From Lytechinus pictus (Eukaryota): DNA of 64,000 bases. Below, in pieces: positions 13,640-24,627 of this stretch. The notes beneath the pieces are model-generated. The model was not told the origin of the DNA. It was given only the letters and a program-made list of their open reading frames with translations, and searched no databases. The position numbers and the translations under genes were made by a program. The stretch spans positions 34,040,001 through 34,104,000 of the forward strand of contig NC_087251.1 of the NCBI RefSeq assembly GCF_037042905.1. Direction: 5' to 3'. The stretch's first letter is position 1. Each line of letters starts with the position of its first letter.

Positions 13640-16600
13640 ATGGCTCCATTCTGCGCAATTTGTGCGCATAATTAGAATGCAGAAAATAATGTGAAATAAA
13701 TTGATTCCCTTATTGAGCATATATATGCTCTCACTCAGTTACTTCATTTTACCTAATAATCTTAAACCTGCGACAACATTTCACCGATTCACAATTATTC
13801 ATTAGAATCTTGATAACTTGTAAAACTTGGCACTTGGCACATTCATTGATATTCTTATCTTTTTTAACATTTTCACAGGCAAGAAATGGCATCCAGGAGC
13901 GGAGAAACCGACAAATGTTCTTATTCAGGATACAATTATTCAGGATACTTTCGGCGGGAGCCTCGGGGCTCTCCGCTGCGACTCTGGCTGCATTTGCAGA
14001 AGAACCGGTGCGTTAATGAGCTTCGCCAGCGTCCCTGCAGTGAATTTGAGAACTACCTATAGATCTTGCATCGTTAACACAATCTTTAATCATTGCAATG
14101 TTTTGGGTCTTTTTAATATTTTGCCTCTTGTTTTTTCCCTGAGAACCACTTACCACTGACGTATATTTACGCAATGATTTTTTGTATGTATATTCATATG
14201 ATCGATCTTTCTTATTTTACATATCACACAGGCTTAAATCCTGCTTCCTGCTTTGTTTTTTTTTATACTATTTAGCTTTCTCCATTTGATATGACCTCGT
14301 TTGTTATTTTTGATAGATTTCATCACGCTTCAGGAGAGACGGACACAGTATGATTATTTTTTTTTTTTTTGTTCTTGCCTTAGTTTGCTTACTTACGTTC
14401 TTGTTGATATTTGTTGCTTGTTTGTTTACATTTGGCCTATTTTAAGTTATTCACTAAGGATCAGTCAAGTTTGCTTTGTTTTCATTTTTGTCCTGTTTTT
14501 CATCACCTTTATTTCCAACCCCCCCCCCTCCAAACTTTGCACTGCACAAGGTCATTATATATCTCACACTAGTGTTCAATTCCCCTGCTTTATTTTTGTT
14601 CTTTCTTCCTTTACTCCTCTTTTATTGCCTCTTCACTGACACACATTTTTTTTTTCTCCTCTTCTACACATACTCGGGAACAGGCACGTAGCACAGTGTA
14701 TTGCTTCCTTTAGGTTTCGTTTACCCACCATCTCCCCTGCTAATGACGGATTTTTCTAGGTTTCCATTTAGCTCTCTAAATAACGATGACTTGTTGTCTC
14801 TCTCGGCGCAACATGGCGTTACTCGCACACTAGATAATCATGATAACTCCAACTATGATGCACACATACAGAATTTTATGGACAATAATACATCCGATCT
14901 TAATTACAATTTGGATGCAAATGATCACTTCGGACAGCTCACTACATCACATTATTTCACAGAACAACATTTCAAATCATACATTACATCAGATAACACT
15001 GGCGAAAGTTTTTTTCTTCTCCATTTTAATATCAGAAGTGCCAGTAAAAACTTTGATAAACTTAGACTATTTCTAGATAAAAACCGGTTTCCGAAATCTT
15101 CATTTATTGGTTTAACCGAAACATGGTTCTCTGATAATCCATGTTCCCTCTTCACACTCCCTGATTTTGATTTGATTGTTAACAATAGAACGCTAAGACC
15201 TGGGGGTGGTGTAGCTCTTTACATACCGCAACAATACGACCATACTCTTATAGCTAACATGACCATATCTAACGACGTTCTAGAAACCCTATTTGTTGAA
15301 GTCACAAACCCCAAAGGTAAAAACTTAGTACTTGGTGTTTTTTATAGACCCCCTCAATCTAATGTTAATACTTTTTTAGAATCTCTTAATGAAATTTTAT
15401 CAAATCCTGTTTTGAAAAATAAAGATTGCTTTTTTATGGGTGACTTTAATATTAACTTAGTAGATTATAATTCAAACAGCACCTCACATGAGTTTCTTGA
15501 AATGTTTCTTTCATATTCTTTTTTACCGCTTATCACTAAACCGACAAGAGTGACAGATAACTCGGCCACTTTAATTGATAACATTTTTAGTAATATAACT
15601 CAACAAATTCCCAAAGCCGGTATTATCCTTAGTGACATTACCGATCACTTTCCAATTTTTGCTAAATTATCTACAAATAAAATTATCATGAAAGAAGCAT
15701 TCAATACCCCATTTCGAAAGATAACTGATGACAACATAAACAATCTAGTTAATAATTTAAATACAACAGACTGGTCAACTGTTTTTGAATCCACAGACGT
15801 TGATGACGCATATAACTTTTTCATTTCCAAATTAAACTCTTCTCTAGATACTCACGTTCCTTTTACCACTAACAGAAAATCAAATTATAAAAAGGTTCCA
15901 CTCCACCCTTGGATTACTAAATCACTTTTGAGATCAATCAACCGAAAGAACAACCTTTACTATAAATACATAACTAAACAAAATAACGAATCTCGCTTTA
16001 AATATACTTCATACAAAAACACACTCACTACTTTATTACGCATTGCAAAAAGAGAATATTATACCTCCCAACTCAATTTGTTCAAAAACGATATGAGGAA
16101 CACATGGAAAATCATTAATGGAGCATTAAACAAAAACAAAAAAAGTACTTCTATAACAAAAATAAAAGTAAACAATACAACTACTGACGACAACATCTCA
16201 ATAGCACAAGAATTTAATTCATATTTTTCAAACATTGGCAACAATCTGGCAAGCAAAGTCCCTCAAACTCATAAATCTTTCAACAGTTTTCTTGACAACC
16301 CAAATCCAAACTCTATATTTTTTAATCCTACGAACACAAGAGAAATTATTAATATTGTTAATAATCTACAGACCAAGAAGAGCCCAGGTTTCGATGGTAT
16401 TCCTAACTTCCTACTTAAGAAAATTATTTTAACTATCGTCGATCCTCTGGTCCACATATTTAATGTTTCTATGAACACAGGGAAGGTACCTAACCTAATG
16501 AAAATAGCCAAAGTCATCCCCCTTTACAAAAAAGGTGATAATCAACTTGTTTCTAATTACCGTCCTATTTCATTGCTCACTTCGTTATCTAAAATTCTCG

Positions 16601-18540
16601 AAAAACTTATACATACTCGTACAATTACGTTCTTTAATAAATTCAATACTTTTTCGAACTCGCAATTTGGTTTCCGCGAAAATCATAGCACCTCGCATGC
16701 AATTTTGACTTTTATTAATAAAATTACTTCTTCCATAGATATAGGTTGTCATACTGTTGGTATTTTCCTGGACTTCTCCAAGGCCTTCGATACCATTAAC
16801 CACGATATACTTCTTCATAAACTTTCTTTTTATGGTATCAGGGGGAAGGCCTTGGAGTGGTTCAAGAGCTACCTAACAGACAGGTCTCAATTTGTGTCAG
16901 TCAACAACGTTGTTTCTTCTACTCTTCCTATTACATGTGGAGTACCACAGGGTAGTTTACTTGGTCCTCTTCTTTTTATTACATATATTAATGACATTAA
17001 AAAAAATTCAAATTTACTAACATTTGTATTGTTTGCTGACGATTCGAACATTTTCTTTTCTCATGATAACGTAAACCAACTTGTAAGAATTGTAAACTCA
17101 GAACTTATACATGTCACTGACTGGATTAAGGCGAATAAACTATCACTTAACTTACAAAAGACGAATTTTATGCTTTTTAGTAACAGAATAAATACAATAC
17201 CTGACAACATAATTTTTGATAATACTGTTCTTGAAAATGTTTCAGAGACAAGATTTTTGGGGGTTACTATTGATAATAAGCTATCATGGAAACCACACAT
17301 CAATAATACATGCAAAACAATTTCAAGAAACATCGGAATTATCAACAAACTCAAATATTTTCTCCCATCTCACACTTTACTTACACTGTATCATACATTA
17401 ATATTACCATACATTAATTATGGCATTTTGGCATGGGGTTGTGCGATCCAAACACAATTACAAAGAATACTGTTGCTGCAGAAGAAGGCTCTTAGAATAA
17501 TTTTTCAAACCCAATTCAGATCACACACAAATATACTATTCTTCCAAAATAATATTCTTAAAGTGAGTGATTTATATCTTTTCCAACTCGCCCAATTTAT
17601 GTATAAACTAAACAAAGATGATCTCCCAACAATTTTTTCAAATATGTTCTGTAAAAACTCCTCTATACACGATTACCCAACGAGACAACGTAATTGTTAT
17701 CACCTACCCCCTACCCGTACTATATTAGCGAAAAACTCTTTTATCTTTTTTGGACCTGTGTATTGGAATTCCCTGCCCAACGACTTTAAAGAATCTACAA
17801 ACCTTAATATTTTTAAACGCAAACTTAAAAAGATGCTCATTTGTCAATACTCCACACCAACAAGTCAAGCTAACACATAACCTAAACTAAAACTACATAA
17901 TAACTTAACCTTTAACTGCCAATAAATTTGTCAAACTTTACTTATAAAAAAAAAAACAACACTACAACATGATACAATACATTACGACCTGTGCACCTGC
18001 CATGTTCCTCCTTTCATTTGCACTTTTTATTTGCACCTCCCTTATCTCCCTCTTTCTTTCCTTTGCCACTTTTCCCTCCCTATTATAATTTTGTAAGTAC
18101 TTTTTTTTTTTGTGTTACCACTGTAATTATTATTATTCGAATTACTTTCTCTTATTTTTGTTGTCGCTTATTCGTTTTATTTTGATATTTGTGGATTACT
18201 TGTTTTAAGTCTGTCTTCTGTGTCCGTCTCGATTTTTGTATAGAGTTGTATATATAGTTTGTTTATAATTAGTATTGAAACTAAGTTTAGGGGCTTGCCT
18301 TCTCTACAAGCTTTTGCTTTTCTTGGCAAGTCCCTCCGTTCATTTCTTGTTTCTTTTCATTGATAATATTACTGAAACAAATTGTAGATTTGTTTAATTT
18401 ATATTCAACATTTGTTACGAAATTTCATTGATTTGTCTGTATTATCGATTATATTGAATATGTATTGTTACTTTGATTATATTTTGAAAAAAATTGTTGA
18501 ACGGAAATAAAATCTAAAATCTAAATCTAAAAAATCTAAA
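13640..18540 (+). mobile_element. Non-LTR retrotransposon, CR1/L2 group (Crack/Daphne-like), antisense within intron 1 of the ZNF410-like gene
   Basis: Intact ORF2; ~630-nt 3' UTR with stem GGGCTTGCC...GGCAAGTCC at 18291-18332; AATAAA at 18506 followed by a (A)nTCT repeat tail to ~18540. The 5' boundary is approximate and no TSD was found. Confidence 0.85.
14743..17880 (+). CDS. LINE ORF2: apurinic-like endonuclease plus reverse transcriptase, 1045 aa from the first ATG
   Basis: Uninterrupted ORF (open from 14701). APE motifs FNIRS, GLTETW, GGGVALY, YRPP, GDFNI, IDNIF, TDHFPI; RT motifs KSPGFDGI, NYRPISLL, QFGFR, FLDFSKAFDTINH, GVPQGSLLGPLLF, LFADDS, FLGVTIDNKLSW. Confidence 0.96.
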   Translation: MTDFSRFPFSSLNNDDLLSLSAQHGVTRTLDNHDNSNYDAHIQNFMDNNTSDLNYNLDANDHFGQLTTSHYFTEQHFKSYITSDNTGESFFLLHFNIRSASKNFDKLRLFLDKNRFPKSSFIGLTETWFSDNPCSLFTLPDFDLIVNNRTLRPGGGVALYIPQQYDHTLIANMTISNDVLETLFVEVTNPKGKNLVLGVFYRPPQSNVNTFLESLNEILSNPVLKNKDCFFMGDFNINLVDYNSNSTSHEFLEMFLSYSFLPLITKPTRVTDNSATLIDNIFSNITQQIPKAGIILSDITDHFPIFAKLSTNKIIMKEAFNTPFRKITDDNINNLVNNLNTTDWSTVFESTDVDDAYNFFISKLNSSLDTHVPFTTNRKSNYKKVPLHPWITKSLLRSINRKNNLYYKYITKQNNESRFKYTSYKNTLTTLLRIAKREYYTSQLNLFKNDMRNTWKIINGALNKNKKSTSITKIKVNNTTTDDNISIAQEFNSYFSNIGNNLASKVPQTHKSFNSFLDNPNPNSIFFNPTNTREIINIVNNLQTKKSPGFDGIPNFLLKKIILTIVDPLVHIFNVSMNTGKVPNLMKIAKVIPLYKKGDNQLVSNYRPISLLTSLSKILEKLIHTRTITFFNKFNTFSNSQFGFRENHSTSHAILTFINKITSSIDIGCHTVGIFLDFSKAFDTINHDILLHKLSFYGIRGKALEWFKSYLTDRSQFVSVNNVVSSTLPITCGVPQGSLLGPLLFITYINDIKKNSNLLTFVLFADDSNIFFSHDNVNQLVRIVNSELIHVTDWIKANKLSLNLQKTNFMLFSNRINTIPDNIIFDNTVLENVSETRFLGVTIDNKLSWKPHINNTCKTISRNIGIINKLKYFLPSHTLLTLYHTLILPYINYGILAWGCAIQTQLQRILLLQKKALRIIFQTQFRSHTNILFFQNNILKVSDLYLFQLAQFMYKLNKDDLPTIFSNMFCKNSSIHDYPTRQRNCYHLPPTRTILAKNSFIFFGPVYWNSLPNDFKESTNLNIFKRKLKKMLICQYSTPTSQANT

Positions 18541-20710
18541 ATTGGAGACATAACTCTATGGCCAAGATGAATGAGAAGATATATTTGACCAACAATCTGA
18601 AACATTGTTTAGTTGTCAAATTTAATAATGTCAATGGCCTATATCCCAAAGTATTCATGTAATGGGCTAATATGTGTGACATGATACAGCAGCTTTATCA
18701 CACTTTGAAGCTTGTTTTGCCTTTAAAGTCAACCGAGATACTGATAAGTTTATTCTGCAAATTTATTGCATGGATGATTGGATCTACAAAATTTTTAGTA
18801 TTCTCTGGAGCCAGAGGGTCTCTTCTCTTCTTAGCATTTTACTTCTGGATTATGGACACATAAAGATGTAGTACATGAACACATAAAGGTGTAGTATATA
18901 TGAACACATATTAGTGCAGTATATATCAATTATTCTGGAACTATAATAATCAAGTGTTAATATTTGCAGAGCAAACATATGCAACTGATCCAAGAATCTA
19001 AGATCAGGGACAATCAATGTGAACACTGTAATCTCACTGCCCAAGCCAGGGATAAGGATGGATGTTGTTGCTAAGCCGCTGAACCAAAATACCACACCAC
19101 ATTCACTGAGTAATACATCACCAAATCCTGATAACACTGAGCCTCAATATGCAAATGCGTTATAGACACACCGCTGCCCTTTACGATGACGAACAGTACA
19201 CCTTCCTCGCAAGCAACAACGTAAATTTTGGAGTGGAAAGTGAGGAGTGTTTTAGGTGTGCCATCGAAGTACAGAAAGAAACATTTCAAATGAGACTTGG
19301 CCCTAGGCAGAGCCAAACAGGAAGATAAGAACATTCTTTGTCTGTATGGTTTTTTTCAATGCTGTAACCACAAGCTGGATTCGAGAAGGATAAGATAGTG
19401 TGTTGAAATTATCCTGAGATCAATTCTCTGTTGATAAACTTGTATAAGACAATGCTTTTTGTTCATAATGAATATGCCTGATAAAGCTGGGAAGTGGGAT
19501 TGTGCCTTGCCCAACGCGCAAGCGGTCTCTTTCAACAACATAAAAAATAAAAAATCTCACCATTTTCAATCTAATTTTGGGGGTAGGACATACTGATTGC
19601 CGATTTTTTTTTCATGGAAAAGTACTTGGAATTAATATTTGATGCATGGATGGGGTCTAGATAGTTGACTGAAGTTGAGCAAAGCTGTGGAAAACTTTTT
19701 GTGTTCCATGGATGAATTTTGGCTGCTCAAGCATACCCTTCACAAGAGCAATGTTTAACTGCTTGGATATTGCTCTTCTCCACTTGCGGAATCTGGGTCT
19801 ACCGACAACACCTACCAATGAAGCAGTGTATCTGCTTAAATACAGATATCATCCGAATAAGCCTTTTGGTCACACAGGAAAAGCTCCTACTCTGAGGGCA
19901 GATCTTGAGCACCGATTTTGACAGGAGTAGAATGCTTCTTCATAGTATTTGTACCAACACCTACTCCATACAGCAGTGGTATGCTGCTCTTCAGCATCTC
20001 AACCTTCCCTGATTTGATAAGCTTGAAATAAACCCCCCAATGACCAACTACGGAAGCAATTAGTCGAAGGTGATGCAGGCCAAGCAGCATGATGCACTTA
20101 CCAACAGGACTTCTTTTTCCTTCTCGACTAGAACTCCTAAACCAAAGGCCAAGGATCTGTACCTTGAGCACACTGCCAATCCTACTTCGTCGTCAGCTAC
20201 CTGCTGGTTGCTACCTGTCTAGCCTGCACAAATCCAGCAAGACCTCATCCTGCAGGTTAAGGCAAATCCAAACACAGCGTGGACTAATGTTTTGAGCCTA
20301 CCCCTGCACTATTTGTAGCTTTAGTCAATCCTTTTTCTACATCCTGGGTGCATCAGTAATAGCACAAAAGCTCAGTTCCATAAACTCCTTATGCAACCTC
20401 CACAAAACTTGTCAAATGTCAAAACCTTCCAAGTACTTGTTCATTCACTATCCTACTGTTGTCATAGATCAGATCTTGTCCAAGTATTGTAAACAATTCA
20501 AGGATCTTGTGACTTGACAATTCTTCAAATGCAAGGATGACTCCAGAACCAGAGGACATACCTATAGAGAAACCCCAAGCAGGTACTTGAAATGGCAAAA
20601 TTCATTTGAGTTGCGATTGAGAGGAATAACTTGCCAAATCATGCAGTAAAGAGTACTCTTTACAGTCAAATCTCTAAAAGACATGGGAACTCAAAAGGGA
20701 AAGTTTAATA

Positions 20711-21382
20711 ATGCTCTGCTCTCATTATTACCTTCATCTGCTCAAAATGCACATTGCCATAAAGCATAAACCAGTTGATCTTCCACTATTGAATTCAAGA
20801 AATTGGGAGAGGGGTGGGAGAGGGGCAAAAGTTTTTAAGGTAAAATTTTCTCCACTTCAATAGTCTTTGTGACATTGACCCCCCCCCCCCCCCCCCCATG
20901 GTGTCAATGATCTATGATCTTAGCGGAGGAATATAAGAGAGATATGTATAAAGGAAACTTTCATTTGTTTTCATTTCTTTTGGGAAAATTTTGTTCCTCT
21001 TCTTGGTTAACCCCGTGATACTTGAATCTTGACCCTAGCCAGGCACCAGAACTCTGCCACCTGTAGGGCTCCCTGAGTTAACATGGTCTAACATTTACAC
21101 TCTTGATTTAGTTTTGTAAACATAGAAAGTTTAATCCTGACCAAAATTCACATGCTCTGCTCTCATTATTACATTCATCTGCTCAAAATGCACATTGTAT
21201 ATGTATAAAGGAAACTTTCATTTCTTTTCATTTCTTTTTGGAAAATTTTGTTCCTCTTCTTGGTTGACCCCGTGATACTTGAATCTTGACCCTAGCCAGG
21301 CACCAGAACTCTGCCACCTGTAGGGCTCCCTGAGTTAACATGGTCTAACATTTACACTCTTGATCTAGTTTTGTAAACATAG
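20711..21382. repeat. Local tandem duplication with an internal indel
   Basis: 20711-20757 plus 20942-21124 are repeated almost identically at 21151-21382. Confidence 0.9.
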
Positions 21383-22386
21383 TGAAAATGTAAAACAAGT
21401 AACATGAACATGTAAAAATTTAATATTTTTTATGTGATTTCATGAGATTTTTTGGCAAATTTAATTTCAAGAAAGGAGGGAATGATATAAAATGAAGCTT
21501 GAATCATATGAATACGGATATCAAATAAATCATTGTTGGTGATTTCATACTTCTGCGATCTGGCCACCAAATCAAATTTGTAACTTCTTTCAGTACGATA
21601 TATGAAGAATATTTACTAAAGCGATTTTAAAAAGAATTGGTGCAAAAAGCTCTTTACACAACTGGTTCCCTCTTTCCTCATGCAATATATTCATCAGGCT
21701 CAGATTTCAAATGATGGACACTTTTACAGATGACATCAACCATTCCCTTACATGGCTTTATCAAGTCACATATACTGTATGGTTATGGAATGACGTACTT
21801 TTCTAATTAATCCATCTACCCTGAATTTTCCTTCTACCTTTCACAAGGTGGAAAAGATTATGATTACAAATTTGTTGATAAATAAAAAAAAAAAAAGTCA
21901 ATGGGAACCAGCATAAATCAATGGGAACCAGCATTTATCTCCACAGAGTTATAGACGCTGGTTACTCTCGCGCGTCCGTAACATTGGCAAATAAGATGGC
22001 GGCATATGCATCGAGCAAGTCTCTCCCGTCTTTTCATATTTTTCTCATTTTTTTGATGAATTCTTGTTTAAAAATGAAATCAATAGCGTAGAAATGTCGG
22101 AAATGAAGCACAGTGGCAAATTGTGTAGAACGGATAGAGGTGCGTTCAACGCTAGCGGGCGTGTACATTTTGCTTATTACATGTCATCCAGCCACTGCCG
22201 AGATCCAATTTATGAATGAAAATATAGCAAGCATGCGCAGTGCAAGCCTTCCATAGCCCAACACAGTGTTCCACCAAAACAAGTGTGCAATTCTCTATCA
22301 CCTCATACCAAAATCGACCTAGAATTTCACTTTCCTATATTTTATATGAATTATGAAAGGTATTCTCGGAGAATCTATTTTCTCAC

Positions 22387-22720
22387 CGATACTGCACAGG
22401 TAAGCGAATTTTGATTACTTCTTGCTTTTCCGTCAAAATGTTATGAATTAGCGTCGATATAACATCGTGTTCGTTGAAGTTTGTAGAGTCTATCGCAACG
22501 TGCACAAAGTCAATTGATTTCCAGGTTTCGGAGCGCCGCATGAATATGCATGAAATTGCCGAGTCTCGATAATTTTCGATCGATACTGGAGCGATCCCGC
22601 GTATACAGTGTGATCGGATATCGTTATCGCTATTGATACTTTCGCACACAGTCCGAGGTATTATTTTGGCGACCACGTAGACATGACGTGTTCTGCGCGA
22701 TTGACCAATCAGCGGTCTCC
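22387..22720 (-). promoter_or_regulatory. Probable promoter and non-coding first exon of the ZNF410-like gene
   Basis: CpG-rich island; minus-strand donor TCG|GTGAGA with exon end at 22387; NF-Y-type GACCAATCAGC at 22703-22713; TGACGTG at 22684; YY1-type AAGATGGCGGC nearby at 21993-22003. The start-codon exon has its own acceptor (exon start 13224), so an upstream exon is needed. Confidence 0.55.
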
Positions 22721-23560
22721 GATTCGCTGAGCTGAGACGGTCTATTCGTTGTATACAGTCTGTGGACAATTTACCACTGTGTGAAGTTGTATCCCATTTA
22801 CATGATTTAGGGCTAGATCTGTTAGAAGGAAAGCAGAAATCTCGGGGGCGAAAGTTTAAGGTTTTTTGGCGGTACACGCAGATGGGATGGAGCCTCCTGG
22901 CTACTCAGCACACACAAAGCGCGGAGCCAGCGCAATCGCGAAAGGCAAGGCCAGGGCTGGCTCGGGCTAACAATTAGATCAGCAAGACAGAATCATCACC
23001 AAGTTCAGGATAACGCCAGGCGCTAAACGCGCTAGATCGAGGAATCTGAGCGGAGTAGAACTAACGTAGCATGGTTAGAGTTACCTCGAGCGAAGTTCGT
23101 GCAGGCTCCACTCCACTCCCGGGGGGGGGGGGGGCCACTTCCATTGACGAGTGGATACCATGCGCGACCAAGGGGTCTCAAAAAGCACCCTAAACACGTA
23201 GTTTCTTTGTATTACAATTATCATTGAATGCAGCCATTATCCCACTTGTTTTGTGATGTAATTTCAACCTCTATGATTGATTACGTAAGATTATAATTTT
23301 CAAATTTCCAGGCAATTTTGCATGTCATAGTCTACCCACGTGATATCACTACGTCATCGAGAAAGAAGTTATGACACTAGTTTGACCATGTTGACAGGTT
23401 CGGAGGTGTCATAAATTATATTTAGTCAGGTCATGCAGGTTGTTGTTGTTCCTGATCTTGGCAAAGAGGGCTTCGTGAAACGGTTAGCGGACAAGTAGCT
23501 CACAATCTCCGATTTAGTCAAGAAGTTAGACTTATGACGGTGTTGAGAAACGGGCCCCTG

Positions 23561-24627
23561 GGGCCCGTTTTTCAACACATGGACATGTTAGTCATATCTT
23601 TATCCACCAACCACGGAGTTAGTTCCAATCTTACTAAACCTGTTTATCGAAAGGCTTCCTAACTAGAATACCTTGATATCGATACTATCGGTAAAAAGAG
23701 CAGACGAGACGTAGCCTTAGTCACAAAATAGCATAATTTTCAAAAAGAAAAATTATTACAAAATTGCAAATATTATGATGAATTGGGAAATAAATCTTTT
23801 CAAAATAATAGCACAGGTGAATTATGCATCATACATACTTAGACCATGAAGACTGGAGCATTCAATTGCAGAGAAAATTAGATTATGAATAATTCATTTC
23901 ATGACTAAAAAATCACTTGTGGACGTTGAGATGGGTACCCCCGGGAGACCCAATTTTAATAGTTTACGAAAGTAAACCATAACGGTTTTCTTTGTAAAAT
24001 GATGATAATTATACGGACTTTTACGATTCCAAACGTCATCAAAATATAGTTTAACAAAACATTTTTAATCATTGATACCGAAAGATACGATATTGGACAA
24101 ATTATATGCATAAATTAGAGATAGAATTCATCCAACTGTTAATAGGGGTCTGAAAACAACAAATACGAGTTCAGTTATGGATGGCCTGACGTGGTAGAAT
24201 CTTTATCGATTAAATCATTTTACTAATTCATAATAATGGTTTTGTGGCGTTTGGCAAGTTTTTATAGTTTCTTTGTATTACAATTATCATTGAACAGTTG
24301 AATGCATTTGCCATTAACCCACTTGTTTTGTGATGTAATTTCAACCTCTATGATTGATTACGTAAGATTATAATTTTAAAATTTCTAGGCACTTTCGCAT
24401 GTCATAGTCTACCCACGTGATGCCACTACGTCATTAAGAAAGAAGTTAAGACAGGTTCGGAGGTGTCATAAATATTTTGTGAGGTTGTTGTACCCGATCT
24501 TGGTAAACTAAAGACTAAAACTAAAAGAGGGCTTCGTGAAACGGTTAGCGGACAAGTAGTGAAAGTAGCTCACTATCTCCGATTTAGTCAAGCAGTTAGA
24601 CTTATGACGGTGTTGAGAAACGGGCCC
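23561..24627. mobile_element. Harbinger-like non-autonomous element (CTG TSD)
   Basis: CTG|GGGCCCGTTTTTCAACAC...GTGTTGAGAAACGGGCCC|CTG; a partial 3' copy (23199-23557) lies directly upstream. Confidence 0.8.

Noticed and set aside
14741..14745. TAATG stop-start overlap at the LINE ORF2 start
   Set aside because: The frame ending in this TAA is closed by TAG at 14711 with no ATG in between, so there is no coupled upstream ORF.
22383..22877. 164-aa minus-strand ORF
   Set aside because: Non-ATG start, spans a CpG-island promoter and has no recognisable motif; better explained as promoter and 5' UTR exon.
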